Below, in pieces: positions 20,501 through 29,512 of a DNA stretch of 64,000 nt. The translations under genes and the position numbers were made by a program. The notes under the pieces are model-generated. The model saw only the letters and a program-made list of their open reading frames with translations, searched no databases and was not told the DNA's origin. Origin of the DNA: Giardia intestinalis (taxonomy: Eukaryota); assembly GCA_000002435.2 (NCBI GenBank), contig CM018790.1. The stretch is one strand, 5' to 3'. The stretch's first letter is position 1; every line of letters starts with the position of its first letter.

Positions 20501-21851
20501 AGCATCCTTGACAGGGAATGGACAAAGTTCCAACTCGGGTAATCTGTATTGAAAGAGAGCCCGTGGAATGAAGTGTAAACCGCTCAACTTGTGTATTGGC
20601 TTCTGATATATGGGAGAGATTGCTACTAACTGCAGAACTGAGGAATAAAATGTTATTCAATGTAAAGCTAGATTGATCGGTTGGTATAAGTACACTTGTC
20701 AGCTCACCGGTTTCGCTACAAAGCCAAACGTGGGAGCAGCTGCTACTTTGATCAAGGTGCACCTCCTGTGCAAATATAATGTGCCCCGTCGATGGAGAGA
20801 CGGGTGCTTCTGAAGCTATTGCCAGATATGTCCCAAATAGAGCACATCCCACCAAACGAAGTGGGTCAGGAAGCTCATAAGACGAAAGAGAAGCTATACT
20901 TATAAGAAGTTCTCCTTCCTCAGCGTAGTCGAACGCGCCAGTACCGTCCCGATGCGCATGCAAGAATGGATAAATATCCAACCACATTGTGTTAAGAAAG
21001 TCAGATGACAAGCAGAGAATCAGTTTCCCGCCAAAGCCAATAAGTCCAGACGAGATGGTCCTAATTGCTAGAATGGATGGGTGCACAATAAGATGGTGCA
21101 CTTTAGAGCACGTGTCCACCATAGCGACGCGGAAGAGAAGATGCAGCCCTGTACTTGTGTCTTTTCCTAGTATGATGCAGCACGGTTCGGATAGTAGTGC
21201 GATGCAAAGATCTAGGCTTAGCAGCTGTGGCACTCCCCAGCGCCTTGGTGGCCTAGGCCCTTCAATCTTGTCGGTGCTACCTGGAGTAAGGAGGGCATCA
21301 CTCAAGCTAATTACAGTGGGAGGGAGCAAGAACATTTCATCAGGCCCCAGTGTTTCCAAGAGCATAGAGTCAGCTCCATGGAGCCTTTCCTTTGTCTCTA
21401 GCTTGAAAATGAGCAACGTGGCATCAAGGAGAAGCACGGCAATATAGCCAAGCCGGCTAGCCACACGCCAGGGGGATGTGCTTCTGATGCCGGAACGGGA
21501 CACCCTGTGCGTGAGGATGCAGTGAAAGAATGATACAGACGCTCTGTTGTCGGCCGTGCATTGGACGGCATGAACAGACAAGCGCCCTCCGTCGTCTATA
21601 GCTAGTAGGAGTGCTCTAGAGCCGCTCTCTTTGGATAGGTCTAAAACATCAAGACCCAGAATCGTTGAATAAAGCTCCTGACTGGCTAAGCAAATAAGTC
21701 TTCGCGTCCCTGTTAGTGGAGACTCTATGACAGAATAGAGATAGAGCACGGAGCCAGAGGATGCTATTATGTGCTCTTCATTGGAACTTGTAAACCGACC
21801 TACAACCCAGTGTTCCCAGCCTTGCCGCTCTTTTACAGAGGTGTGTAACAT
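17478..21851 (-). CDS. very large beta-propeller-type protein, DDB1/CPSF160/SF3b130-family-like (tentative)
   Basis: About 1457 aa from the first ATG. The N-terminus 'SGSVLYLYSV...ALLLAIDDGGRLSVHAVQC' resembles the start of CPSF1/DDB1 ('..LYVYRL...DALLLSFKDAKLSVVEYD'), and the C-terminal 'VNTVDISFLSDICRTHSLKQ' resembles the CPSF_A tail. This family assignment is by eye only. Confidence 0.4.
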   Translation of the reverse strand: MLHTSVKERQGWEHWVVGRFTSSNEEHIIASSGSVLYLYSVIESPLTGTRRLICLASQELYSTILGLDVLDLSKESGSRALLLAIDDGGRLSVHAVQCTADNRASVSFFHCILTHRVSRSGIRSTSPWRVASRLGYIAVLLLDATLLIFKLETKERLHGADSMLLETLGPDEMFLLPPTVISLSDALLTPGSTDKIEGPRPPRRWGVPQLLSLDLCIALLSEPCCIILGKDTSTGLHLLFRVAMVDTCSKVHHLIVHPSILAIRTISSGLIGFGGKLILCLSSDFLNTMWLDIYPFLHAHRDGTGAFDYAEEGELLISIASLSSYELPDPLRLVGCALFGTYLAIASEAPVSPSTGHIIFAQEVHLDQSSSCSHVWLCSETGELTSVLIPTDQSSFTLNNILFLSSAVSSNLSHISEANTQVERFTLHSTGSLSIQITRVGTLSIPCQGCFLLTSGFLGCVMATGSLTLYRIVDLPRGHKLAPLPLLSRLVQYPTYRDGSPIYPALQLLRLLTQPVALKEGFREEDTAEFLSRILLHEISLPIADIIASAVVLSAPNAVDSKYLVANKTSLSLCSLAVPMTHIYSGPLIKEESSAVSSVALYQVMFDSTGYLIFSCTTLNPQQTRRNICLKVVDTGLKYASHHSKIVYKPTILSSVRTEVLEMNLLFVSESLATQQNATPIYMEGHLLGIFTLHNGIILQIFEGDEPCRLKLVFISLCHSSIRRALSYASQIPPDHDEYTDDSTTDFLTSKWSSSGVGRHKYDNELSEDEPGVSESSSYLLFTYDCSLKVPLVSVLYCMPINDRSAQICFQTQNGLLKLSVNIGNLHRLQLYTGRDKESHPHNLHISQFLPTFMVDCHVSFNQYIKQSCHQLAHICSDLFLCSNNNVLALYSNFLFSENVNQAIDSVDSDFKYAASVFVLDEKRHIIYIFLSPYWSSPTDYRYTPVFVVATDGLHIFYVDKKEEKILDMKSIMSLLELNEYLETTASIFAKDAPILFNDQPHEMKSFKVHPVSTTSVMLTSNGVVFYWLAFSVIKDCLIPRQLYRLDFPISSFLSIASLSIEGALDKYFIGVTADLQFHVFEPVEGLLCPSLTSIKVFVEDNAGLSVHGLTMLKGGYCACIIRSHSVPDKTSLVVIRTMGLGRKLPDSELGIKYTLPLAARTSLLSYDYSSGRLSWADGQSFYTIDNIAKLLSRQIKEIHPAHYLLSSEWDITALCGMGQSSATLCIGMAQRLLVYDTAIKEVVAQELLPDAIIRLVFLGSSRIVVVMNKAGLAIFSFSQAPKCKLALELTDSVPMRIITAILPLNPDIIVVGDRFGTISVLSCTIDSRYHQASVSKKLSLYAEICVASPVTSLTAEPRRGKESTTIIYYTLFTGEIGKIELITDRSTFSCLLCDQETAHKNGLYNPTTSIASESHRRFRCGPYSFVNTVDISFLSDICRTHSLKQNFSKLTQKESP

Positions 21852-21979
21852 ACCCTCTGAAGAGGTCGAGTAGTGGATAAAATTAGGATCTTTTTTCAGC
21901 AATTTACTATGTGCTTTCAAAAAGCATGGAGCAACCAGGCTGACGAAAAATCAGGAGACTAAAATCAAAAGAGGAAATC

Positions 21980-22609
21980 CTACTTTCTTTCTACTACCAC
22001 GGGCCTGATATCCGCGCGCGACACTAGGGGAACTTGAGGAATGGTAACTAAGGAAAGAGCATGGGGACACCCATTTACGGGTGCTGCTTTGAGACACTTC
22101 CCTGTTCGTACGTCGGCAGCCACGTGTGCACTACACTGCTGAAAAACCCGCTCGACCGTTGGCTTGTAAATTGGTCTATATGGAATGTGAATATTTCTGT
22201 TTTGTAAGTTGAGGGATTGACGCTCGGAGGACTCAGAATAATTTAGGGCCGCAGAAGCCTTCCCTGTCTCTTCTTGCCCGTCCTCTTGGCGTGCAAATAT
22301 AGAATCATTTAAGCTACTAAACGATGAGTATATTTCCTTGTTCCGTAAACGTCTATCGACGTACTCTGTTTTGAAAAACTTGACCTTATTAACAGAAGGA
22401 TGGTTCACCTGCTTTGTTAGATTAGCTATTCGCTTTTGCTCCTCGCGCTTTTGTGGAGATATGTCTTCATAATAGTCATCAAGCTGAGGCAGGGGAGGAC
22501 CAGACCTATAGGCATAATTATCGTAGCAGAGGCACAGGTCTGGATACCGTATGGCCCCCTTTCCAACAGTACCATCATGCATACCAGGTAGAGGTATTCT
22601 AAGAGCCAT
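21980..22609 (-). CDS. hypothetical protein (209 aa)
   Basis: ORF with an ATG start, in tandem with the downstream serine dehydratase gene. No motif recognised. Confidence 0.4.
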   Translation of the reverse strand: MALRIPLPGMHDGTVGKGAIRYPDLCLCYDNYAYRSGPPLPQLDDYYEDISPQKREEQKRIANLTKQVNHPSVNKVKFFKTEYVDRRLRNKEIYSSFSSLNDSIFARQEDGQEETGKASAALNYSESSERQSLNLQNRNIHIPYRPIYKPTVERVFQQCSAHVAADVRTGKCLKAAPVNGCPHALSLVTIPQVPLVSRADIRPVVVERK

Positions 22610-22637
22610 GTAGACGTGAAAGAATTTACTTTGGGAA

Positions 22638-24215
22638 TCAAGCGCGTTCTATGGTGGCTCCTCTCTCTACCTCATCGAGCACATAGTTGACCGCGAGGCC
22701 TCCCTGAGATGTCTCCTTGTACTTTTCGTTCAGAGACTTTCCGGTGACAACCATCGTGTGGACAACTTCGTCCCAGCTAATAAGCTCATCATTGAACCCG
22801 AGGATTGCCGCTTCAGCACACCCGTCTGCAAAAAGAGATGCATTCCCGTTACGCTCTATGCATGGTATAACGACAAGATCACGTACAGGATCACATGTGA
22901 GACCCAGGTTGTGCTTTAGGGCCATCACAGCTGCGTATTCGATTGACTTCACTAAGATGACGGGGTCTATAGCGCTTGCCGCATCATCTCTTTTGTTCAT
23001 ACAGTTGAGGAGGTACGTGCAGCCCGCAGCCGCCATTGCGGTGGCCACTCCAGTCTCTGCCTGGCAGCCTGCCTCTGCCCCAGAGACAGACCCGTAGCAC
23101 TTTGCAATATTGCCGATGATCCCCGCTACGGCTAGCGCATTGACAAGCTCCTCCTCAGGAAGGTCGTAGTGCTTCCAGTAGTAATAGAACACACCCGGAA
23201 TAATTCCAGATGAGCATGCTGTAGGAGCAGTGACAATCTCTGTCATGGCCGATGCATTCTCCTGAGATACAGCCATTGCATATGAAAGAATGTACTTCTC
23301 TTTTTTAATAGACGCCAAGTGCGGATTCTTCTTGATGGACTCTGAAGAAATCTGGTCGGCTTGTTTTTTATAATAATATGCCTTCCGCGGATATCGTAAA
23401 TCTCCGGAACCCTCGACGGGTTCCGTTTTTGGTAGCCCAACTTCAACAGCGTTCTTCATTACAGTCCAGATGTTCCTTAGATACTCACGAAGCTCATGAC
23501 CCTCCTGGTCCCACACAAAGTCCAAGAGACTACGCTTATTGCTTAGACAGTATTTACGTATTTTACTGAAGCGTGTGAATGACGAATAAAGTGGGGCAGT
23601 AGGTGGTGTGATGTTGGCAACCCCTGGCGTGGCGTTGCACCCATCACTATTTGCAGGCCAGATTGGGGCGGAACCGTCCCCAAGACGAAGAGAGCCTCCT
23701 CCAACACTATAGTATGTCTCTTCATACATCACAATTCCTTTCTCGCGGTCTTCAGCGCTTTTGTACGCTTGGATTGTCAGCGCCTTGGGGTGAAAGGGTA
23801 GCTTCTTATTTGGTAACCAAACAAACTCTGTGCTCTCGGGATCTAAGACCGTGAGCATTGCCTTGTCGGTAAGATAGCCCACGCCTGCCTTAGCCAAAAG
23901 GCTATAGAGTGTGACTTTGAAGAAGACACGCCCACCACCCAGCAAAAGTTCGTTGATCCCATGCGTTAATACAAAGTGCTGCGCAGCCTTGCGAGGGCCC
24001 ATTGTGTGGGATGACGATGGCCCCGTTCCAACCTTATACATCTCTCTGAGAGAGGACATCGTCTTACGATTAGAACTATAAGAAATGGTCATTGGGACAT
24101 ATTCATCGAGAACGACAAGGCCATCATCGATACTGATCGTGGCAGTAGCCGGAGTTACGGATCCAGAGGTTACATCACCAAGGGTCAGACTGCTAGTGAA
24201 CTCATCTTCTGGCAT
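22638..24215 (-). CDS. L-serine dehydratase, iron-sulfur-dependent, single-chain (bacterial SdaA type)
   Basis: 'LREMYKVGTGPSSSHTMGP' near the N-terminus matches the SdaA signature. The C-terminal 'CSSGIIPG', 'YGSVSGAEAGCQAETGVATAMAAAG' and 'NASLFADGCAEAAILG' blocks match the alpha domain. An N-terminal extension of about 50 aa precedes the conserved start. Confidence 0.8.
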   Translation of the reverse strand: MPEDEFTSSLTLGDVTSGSVTPATATISIDDGLVVLDEYVPMTISYSSNRKTMSSLREMYKVGTGPSSSHTMGPRKAAQHFVLTHGINELLLGGGRVFFKVTLYSLLAKAGVGYLTDKAMLTVLDPESTEFVWLPNKKLPFHPKALTIQAYKSAEDREKGIVMYEETYYSVGGGSLRLGDGSAPIWPANSDGCNATPGVANITPPTAPLYSSFTRFSKIRKYCLSNKRSLLDFVWDQEGHELREYLRNIWTVMKNAVEVGLPKTEPVEGSGDLRYPRKAYYYKKQADQISSESIKKNPHLASIKKEKYILSYAMAVSQENASAMTEIVTAPTACSSGIIPGVFYYYWKHYDLPEEELVNALAVAGIIGNIAKCYGSVSGAEAGCQAETGVATAMAAAGCTYLLNCMNKRDDAASAIDPVILVKSIEYAAVMALKHNLGLTCDPVRDLVVIPCIERNGNASLFADGCAEAAILGFNDELISWDEVVHTMVVTGKSLNEKYKETSQGGLAVNYVLDEVERGATIERA

Positions 24216-24334
24216 GCGTCAATATAGAGTTTTTAATTGCACAACTACCATTGAAATAGCTTGACCAACAATGTCTCACAGGAGCAGTCCTTACATGAAT
24301 TGTGAGGTAGGGTACGTTTATCCTCAGACTCTGC

Positions 24335-27300
24335 TCAAGCACGACGCTTGTTCAATCCCTTCACGTCAAGCCTACGAGAGTATGCCTGCCAGGATGCCGT
24401 ACTATCCTTTGCTAGAAACTTCTTCTCAGCATCATCGTACCCGAGAACTTCCACGTCTTCTAATTTCATTATACACAACAGGAGGTCTCTGAGGTGTGAG
24501 CAACTATTAGCAATCATATGAGTCGGAAGCATGGATGACGGTCCGTTGAAGCAGTGTGAATCATCTGCTTTTACAGAAAGCTCATACCTTTTCAAGCAGA
24601 TAGGGCAAGTAGTTGGATTGACTGAGTGACAACTATCGCATACGCTGTCACCACAAGGAAAAAGTATGTATCTGATACCATTTCCTGCGGCTCCCTGACA
24701 CGTAACTGCGGTACACTGCTCGTATCCCATGGCCACCCAATTTCCGAGGCATCTTGATAACACGCAATAGATGTCCTTGAGCTTCTCGATAATTGTCTGG
24801 CCAATCTGTGGAATACGCTCATGGATTCCTGCTCGTGCTAAGGATAGTTGGACCTTCTTCTCTACATTCTTTGCCCCGGATTTGTGAGCAGCGAGAGTTG
24901 CCTTTATAGACGCTTGTAAGTACGATATCCGTTCCATTATTTCGTTCTTATTTTCGGTTATAGTGAGCCGCACATTCTCGTATTCTGCTCTACGTTGATT
25001 GGTAGCTGTCTTAACCCGATTTTGGAGGTCTCTTTCAACCGACCCCAACTTCTTGGCCAGCTCTTCCTGGAGTGTTCCTATAAACTTCGCATACATAGCT
25101 GAGATATCGCTTGTGATGTAGCGTTGTATTTCATTTAGAAGAGCCTTGTTGATGGAGCTTGTTGGACCAGTGTCATGGAGCACCTGAGCGAGCCTTAAGG
25201 GACTGTTACTGTCTTCAGTGTGTTGTTCTGTGTTGCTAATTTCTGTAAGCTCTCCTGTACCTGTATTTATGTGCCGAATCGTGTTCACAACGGCTTCGCT
25301 TGTTCGTCGAGTTGCCTCTGCTGTCTTCGCCTTTAGTGTAGAGAGAAAGCCGAACTTCAATGGGGACTCCGGTGAATTCAGATTTAGCTCTAGGGTAACT
25401 CTACGCGGAGATGAGATAGGGGCTCGAAGAAGATCCGTTGGAGGACCTGTTTGCTTTTCAGTATAGTCTTGAACAGGACGATAGGTCCGATATCGTCTTG
25501 GCTGCATGATGCCAATGGCTGTGCTATGCTTGGCTTTATTTCTCTCCAAGTAACCAACTGTACTTTCCAAGTTAACAATCTGCGGCTTGACTCCATGGCC
25601 AGGTGTCTTCAAAGTGCTAATGGGGACATACTGAACAGATCTACTTGTATGAATTCCAGCTATATCTGGAGAAGATAGGTCTCTGGTATCTTGTTGCATG
25701 TGTGAATTTGTTGGTACAGCAGTCCCTTTGGGAGAACCAGCTCCTCGAAGCCTGTCTAGGTGCGAGTAATAATTCAGAAACATAGCTTCCTCTTCATGAC
25801 CCGGCTGATGTAGTAAGTTGTGGTTGACAGGTCTACAAGTTGTGTTGTGTGCTATTACAGTATCATCTAATTGATGGTCAACCAGGCTTTTATTCGATAG
25901 ATTCTCTAGCTCCTTCATAACGATAAGGGCGACTGCCGGGCTGTCATAGTCGCAGCTCTCCTTAGACATATGCTCGTGTTCATTAGCTGAATGCAAGGCC
26001 ATGCTAGTGGACGTGCTGAGAGTGAATTCACGGAAGGCCTGGGTATCGGCACAGTCATCAACTTGAGAGTTTGACATTTGCCTGTCTGTATTGAGGGGAG
26101 CGATGCCTATCTCAGATTCTTCTATGTGACAATCTCCCAAGTGCAGGGTTGTTGAAATACGAGAGGAAGAGTGCCCCCGAACCCAAGGATGAATAGTCTT
26201 AATACCTAGGGAATCGTGCAGAGAAGACGACATATCTGGCTGGGTATGCGATGTTTTCATGGCACTAAGCTTAGACTGGATTGCTCTTTGTGTCCTCACG
26301 ATGAGAGAAAGGGCGGAGCCAGGGCTAGCATTCGTGTCATTATGGTTCAGGTGTGTTAGCATAATGTTTCTCTCTACAGAATAATCTCCACTACCAGATG
26401 TAATCCGTACGGAAGGGGTTGACGGCTTGGAGCTCTGAGGAAGGCTGTCAATACCACTAGAAAGACACTGACAGAGAACAACGGGGTTATCCCTGTACTT
26501 GCTCTTGACAAACTCATTATAAATTTGCTGCTTAGACTCTAACTCTGCAAGCATTTCATTTAGAGTATTGACTTCTAGTGGTGAGCGGGGATACACACTT
26601 TCCGTACCCTTTATGTAAGAGGTAATCTCGTGCCGCAGTGTGTTAAACCTTTCTGCAATCTGAATTTCTATTTCCGCGGCTTTGCTCGGTTCTGGATGGA
26701 GGCTTTGGACTGTTTGAGAGTCTGTAAAAGATTTAGAGCTTTTACCTGGCCAACGTGGATCTACCTCATGGCCACCCTGTGATGCCACAATAGACGTAGT
26801 ATCCAGAGCCGTATTCGAAGTATTGGAGCACACTGCTTGAAACTCGTGGTTTGTTAATGCTGATGATGTTGTCTGCGGTATCGCGGCACTCTGCACTGAT
26901 GTCCGGGGCTTTGCAGATAACCTCTTCCATGACACAAACCGATTCTGCGGCCCCTCAACTAAAGAATAATCATCAGTGCTACAGATTGCTGCTGAATGCG
27001 GTCTGTCAGATCTTGGAAGGGTAAGGTGAAATTGTGGAGATTGAGGGGCCTTGAAGTTCTTTGGGAGATAAGATGGTGCAAAGTAGTTTGTGTCTGCCGA
27101 GAGGGGACAAGGGTTAGTGCCTTTGAATTGGTTACGCAAAATGGGGTAGTTGTCTAAAACATAAAGGGCCTCACGATTGAGATTTGTGGGTGAACTGGAA
27201 AATTTCTTAGCACCATTACGTGCGATTGCCACAGACATCTCCTGCCTGCGTTTTGCTGCTCGTTTGGAGTCACCAGAAAAGACTAAGGATGGATCATTGT

Positions 27301-27352
27301 ATAGCTTGGCTGCTAATTGCCGCCGATCCATGCGCAAAAAAGGGTTAAACAT
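24335..27352 (-). CDS. large coiled-coil protein with C-terminal Cys/His-rich RING-like zinc-finger motif
   Basis: About 1005 aa. The middle is helical and coiled-coil ('..QEELAKKLGSVERDLQNRVKTATNQRRAEYENVRL..'). The C-terminal 'ILFPCGDSVCDSCHSVNPTTCPICLKRYE' is a non-canonical RING-like arrangement. The track start is GTG; the ATG is at the next codon. Confidence 0.45.
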   Translation of the reverse strand: MFNPFLRMDRRQLAAKLYNDPSLVFSGDSKRAAKRRQEMSVAIARNGAKKFSSSPTNLNREALYVLDNYPILRNQFKGTNPCPLSADTNYFAPSYLPKNFKAPQSPQFHLTLPRSDRPHSAAICSTDDYSLVEGPQNRFVSWKRLSAKPRTSVQSAAIPQTTSSALTNHEFQAVCSNTSNTALDTTSIVASQGGHEVDPRWPGKSSKSFTDSQTVQSLHPEPSKAAEIEIQIAERFNTLRHEITSYIKGTESVYPRSPLEVNTLNEMLAELESKQQIYNEFVKSKYRDNPVVLCQCLSSGIDSLPQSSKPSTPSVRITSGSGDYSVERNIMLTHLNHNDTNASPGSALSLIVRTQRAIQSKLSAMKTSHTQPDMSSSLHDSLGIKTIHPWVRGHSSSRISTTLHLGDCHIEESEIGIAPLNTDRQMSNSQVDDCADTQAFREFTLSTSTSMALHSANEHEHMSKESCDYDSPAVALIVMKELENLSNKSLVDHQLDDTVIAHNTTCRPVNHNLLHQPGHEEEAMFLNYYSHLDRLRGAGSPKGTAVPTNSHMQQDTRDLSSPDIAGIHTSRSVQYVPISTLKTPGHGVKPQIVNLESTVGYLERNKAKHSTAIGIMQPRRYRTYRPVQDYTEKQTGPPTDLLRAPISSPRRVTLELNLNSPESPLKFGFLSTLKAKTAEATRRTSEAVVNTIRHINTGTGELTEISNTEQHTEDSNSPLRLAQVLHDTGPTSSINKALLNEIQRYITSDISAMYAKFIGTLQEELAKKLGSVERDLQNRVKTATNQRRAEYENVRLTITENKNEIMERISYLQASIKATLAAHKSGAKNVEKKVQLSLARAGIHERIPQIGQTIIEKLKDIYCVLSRCLGNWVAMGYEQCTAVTCQGAAGNGIRYILFPCGDSVCDSCHSVNPTTCPICLKRYELSVKADDSHCFNGPSSMLPTHMIANSCSHLRDLLLCIMKLEDVEVLGYDDAEKKFLAKDSTASWQAYSRRLDVKGLNKRRA

Positions 27353-27436
27353 CACCCAGGTAGAGGGCTTGCAACGTCCTTTTACTCAAAACGCAAAACA
27401 CAAAAACAGCTAAATTTTTACGCCGAGCAACTCTTT

Positions 27437-28267
27437 ATGCTTCTGGTCAATCCATTCACACAAGACCCAGTGACTCATCCCTCAATCACATGGGCTCCAA
27501 TATTCGAAGCATCAACGCAAGTGTTCAGGATTAGGCCACATTTGACAGATGCCAATTCTGTTTTGGTCATTGGTCTCAATGGTCATATAAATGCCCACAA
27601 TTTGGAGTCCGGTGCCTATCAGCCGTATGTGGCAACAGGAGGACAGCCCACTGACATAATAGCTACAGGTGCAGAGTCCAACATTTTAATCACCGATATA
27701 GCATGGAATAACGTTCTCTCCCTGCGCAACGGTCAGGTCTCTGGCATACTCGGGAACGAGAGTGGCATCCTCAGTCCTGTATCTCTCTGCTATCTAGGCG
27801 GGACTGTGTACATTGCCGATCAGACAGGCCTCTTCTCCTTCAGTACAGAGGGGATTGTACAAAGACATGTAGATCAATTGGGAATAGTAGCTCTTGCAGT
27901 GGTGCACGACTGTATCATCTTAGCAATAAACGGAGAGAACTGTCTTAAGGCACTACGTCCTGGGTTCCATCCAACCATCTATGCCTCTGGCTTCTTTGGC
28001 GCGTTTCGGTTAATAGATATGTGTGTTGGGCCCGATAACTCTGTGCTCGTCGTTACGGAATCCATCGCAACGCGGGTGAGCGAGGCAGAGGCAGACGCGA
28101 TGCCTCAGAATGGGTTTCTCTTTGTTGTCAGCTGTTACGGCGTCCCTAGCGCGTGTATTCCGCTTCCTGGCACCCCGACCAGTGTATGCTTTATCAATGG
28201 CCGTATCCTTCTTAGTGTACAAGAGTCTAAGGATGTATATGCCGTGCCCATTAGCGCCTTTCTATAA
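27437..28267 (+). CDS. hypothetical protein, probably beta-propeller-like
   Basis: The track start at 27317 is TTG and overlaps the divergent gene; the first ATG is MLLVNPF at about 27437. The sequence has a repetitive beta-strand character ('VLVIGLNGHINAH', 'ILITDIAWNN', 'TVYIADQTGLFSF', 'IILAINGENC'). No catalytic motif. Confidence 0.4.
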   Translation: MLLVNPFTQDPVTHPSITWAPIFEASTQVFRIRPHLTDANSVLVIGLNGHINAHNLESGAYQPYVATGGQPTDIIATGAESNILITDIAWNNVLSLRNGQVSGILGNESGILSPVSLCYLGGTVYIADQTGLFSFSTEGIVQRHVDQLGIVALAVVHDCIILAINGENCLKALRPGFHPTIYASGFFGAFRLIDMCVGPDNSVLVVTESIATRVSEAEADAMPQNGFLFVVSCYGVPSACIPLPGTPTSVCFINGRILLSVQESKDVYAVPISAFL

Positions 28268-28399
28268 CCCTCTATAACTCTGTAAACTGGAGCAGTATGT
28301 GCTGGTTCAGTTGCCTGATCAGCTTTTCCAATTTATCTTTGCACGGGAAACGCTCAGCAAGGCTGTGCTGGGTAACAGGCGAAGGGGACAAAAATTAAA

Positions 28400-29023
28400 A
28401 TGAACCAGAAGATTAGCAATATGGTCCACTTTATCGATGCTGAGACGGATAGAACAATCGCCCAACTCCGTAAGGTGGCGGAGCAGACTGCCACTGTGTC
28501 GTATGACCAAATACTCAACACGGATACGTCTAAGGTTGTGGCAAAAGTCCAGGAGATGCGTCTCGCAGAGGAGCACAAGAGGCAAGTGGAAATCTCCCGC
28601 TTAATTAGCAAGGCTCGCCTGAGTGTCCAAGACGCACAGTACAAAAAGTACAAGGACCTCAGGGCCACGTGTGTAAAAAAGCTTGAGGAGTTTACTAAGA
28701 ACACAGCCGAATACACGAGGACCATGCGAACCATCCTGAGTGAAGCAGTGGAATGTTGCAATCTGACTCACGCATCGATACAGCTGCTGCCGCGTGACTC
28801 TGGAGCGCTCATTGCAATCTCTGACCAAATACCCTGCAAGATTGTTCTCGACAAGCAGGTTCTTCCAGACACTGCCATTGGGGGCTTCATACTGCGTTCT
28901 GAGGATGGAAGGGTTTGCATAGACTGCACCCTGTCAGAAAGACTCGAACAGGGGCTCAAGTGCATGGAGCCCACGATATTCAAGGCACTGTTCCCCGCAT
29001 CCGTAGGTCTCTGGGAAGACTGA
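28400..29023 (+). CDS. V-type H+-ATPase subunit E
   Basis: 207 aa. The C-terminal 'IGGFILRSEDGRVCIDCTLSERLEQGLKCMEPTIFKALF' matches the V-ATPase E signature ('GGV.L.S.DGKI...NTLE.RL......P.IR..LFG'). The N-terminus is coiled-coil as expected. The initiator is GACAAAAATTAAA-ATG. Confidence 0.75.
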   Translation: MNQKISNMVHFIDAETDRTIAQLRKVAEQTATVSYDQILNTDTSKVVAKVQEMRLAEEHKRQVEISRLISKARLSVQDAQYKKYKDLRATCVKKLEEFTKNTAEYTRTMRTILSEAVECCNLTHASIQLLPRDSGALIAISDQIPCKIVLDKQVLPDTAIGGFILRSEDGRVCIDCTLSERLEQGLKCMEPTIFKALFPASVGLWED

Positions 29024-29494
29024 CCGCATATCACTTGGTCTCTCAATGGATTCTTCAGTAAATGGCTCTATCTGGTCCACTTGACGGACGGACCTTTCAA
29101 TTGTCTCTGCTTCAGGGGCGATCCCCAGACGCCGCAAGAACTCGTCACACTGTATCTCGAACTTCTTGGTTGGGGTTGGCGCTCCGAGAAGCGCCTTGTA
29201 TGTATTTGTAACATGTACGCTATGCATGGAAATACTCAGTAGCTTGGCAAATTGTTGCTCAAGGGGGAGATCATCATCTATATTATCAAAGAGAGAGCCC
29301 TCATATGCAGCAGGGCCAGCAGAAAGAGATGGAGGATTATTCTGCGCCTCCTCAAATCTGTGACAGTTTGGTGTGGAGGCCGTGGTGCCGGCCTGTTTGG
29401 CCTTCATTTGCAGCCGCTGGCACTGTATAGCAAGTGCTGACCTGCAAAGGGTGCTTCCCACCGGATAGAACGCATCCGCTCTAACAACGTTCAT
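28934..29494 (-). CDS. hypothetical protein (186 aa); its 3' end overlaps the V-ATPase E 3' end by ~90 bp (convergent)
   Basis: ATG start with an AT-rich initiator (TAAAAATCTGGAATCTGC-ATG). It shares an 18-bp divergent region with PCH2/TRIP13. No motif recognised. Confidence 0.35.
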   Translation of the reverse strand: MNVVRADAFYPVGSTLCRSALAIQCQRLQMKAKQAGTTASTPNCHRFEEAQNNPPSLSAGPAAYEGSLFDNIDDDLPLEQQFAKLLSISMHSVHVTNTYKALLGAPTPTKKFEIQCDEFLRRLGIAPEAETIERSVRQVDQIEPFTEESIERPSDMRSVFPETYGCGEQCLEYRGLHALEPLFESF

Positions 29495-29512
29495 GCAGAT
29501 TCCAGATTTTTA
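29495..29512. promoter_or_regulatory. 18-bp bidirectional AT-rich initiator region between hypothetical gene (-) and PCH2/TRIP13 (+)
   Basis: GCAGATTCCAGATTTTTA lies between two ATG start codons on opposite strands. Confidence 0.45.

Noticed and set aside
9622-21920. Using ORF-track start codons as given
   Set aside because: Several track 'M' starts are GTG or TTG: 2723, 11253, 14660, 21920, 27317, 27355, 43194 and 63957. For a eukaryotic nuclear genome I re-set those to the first in-frame ATG. These revised coordinates can be off by +/-1-2 nt.
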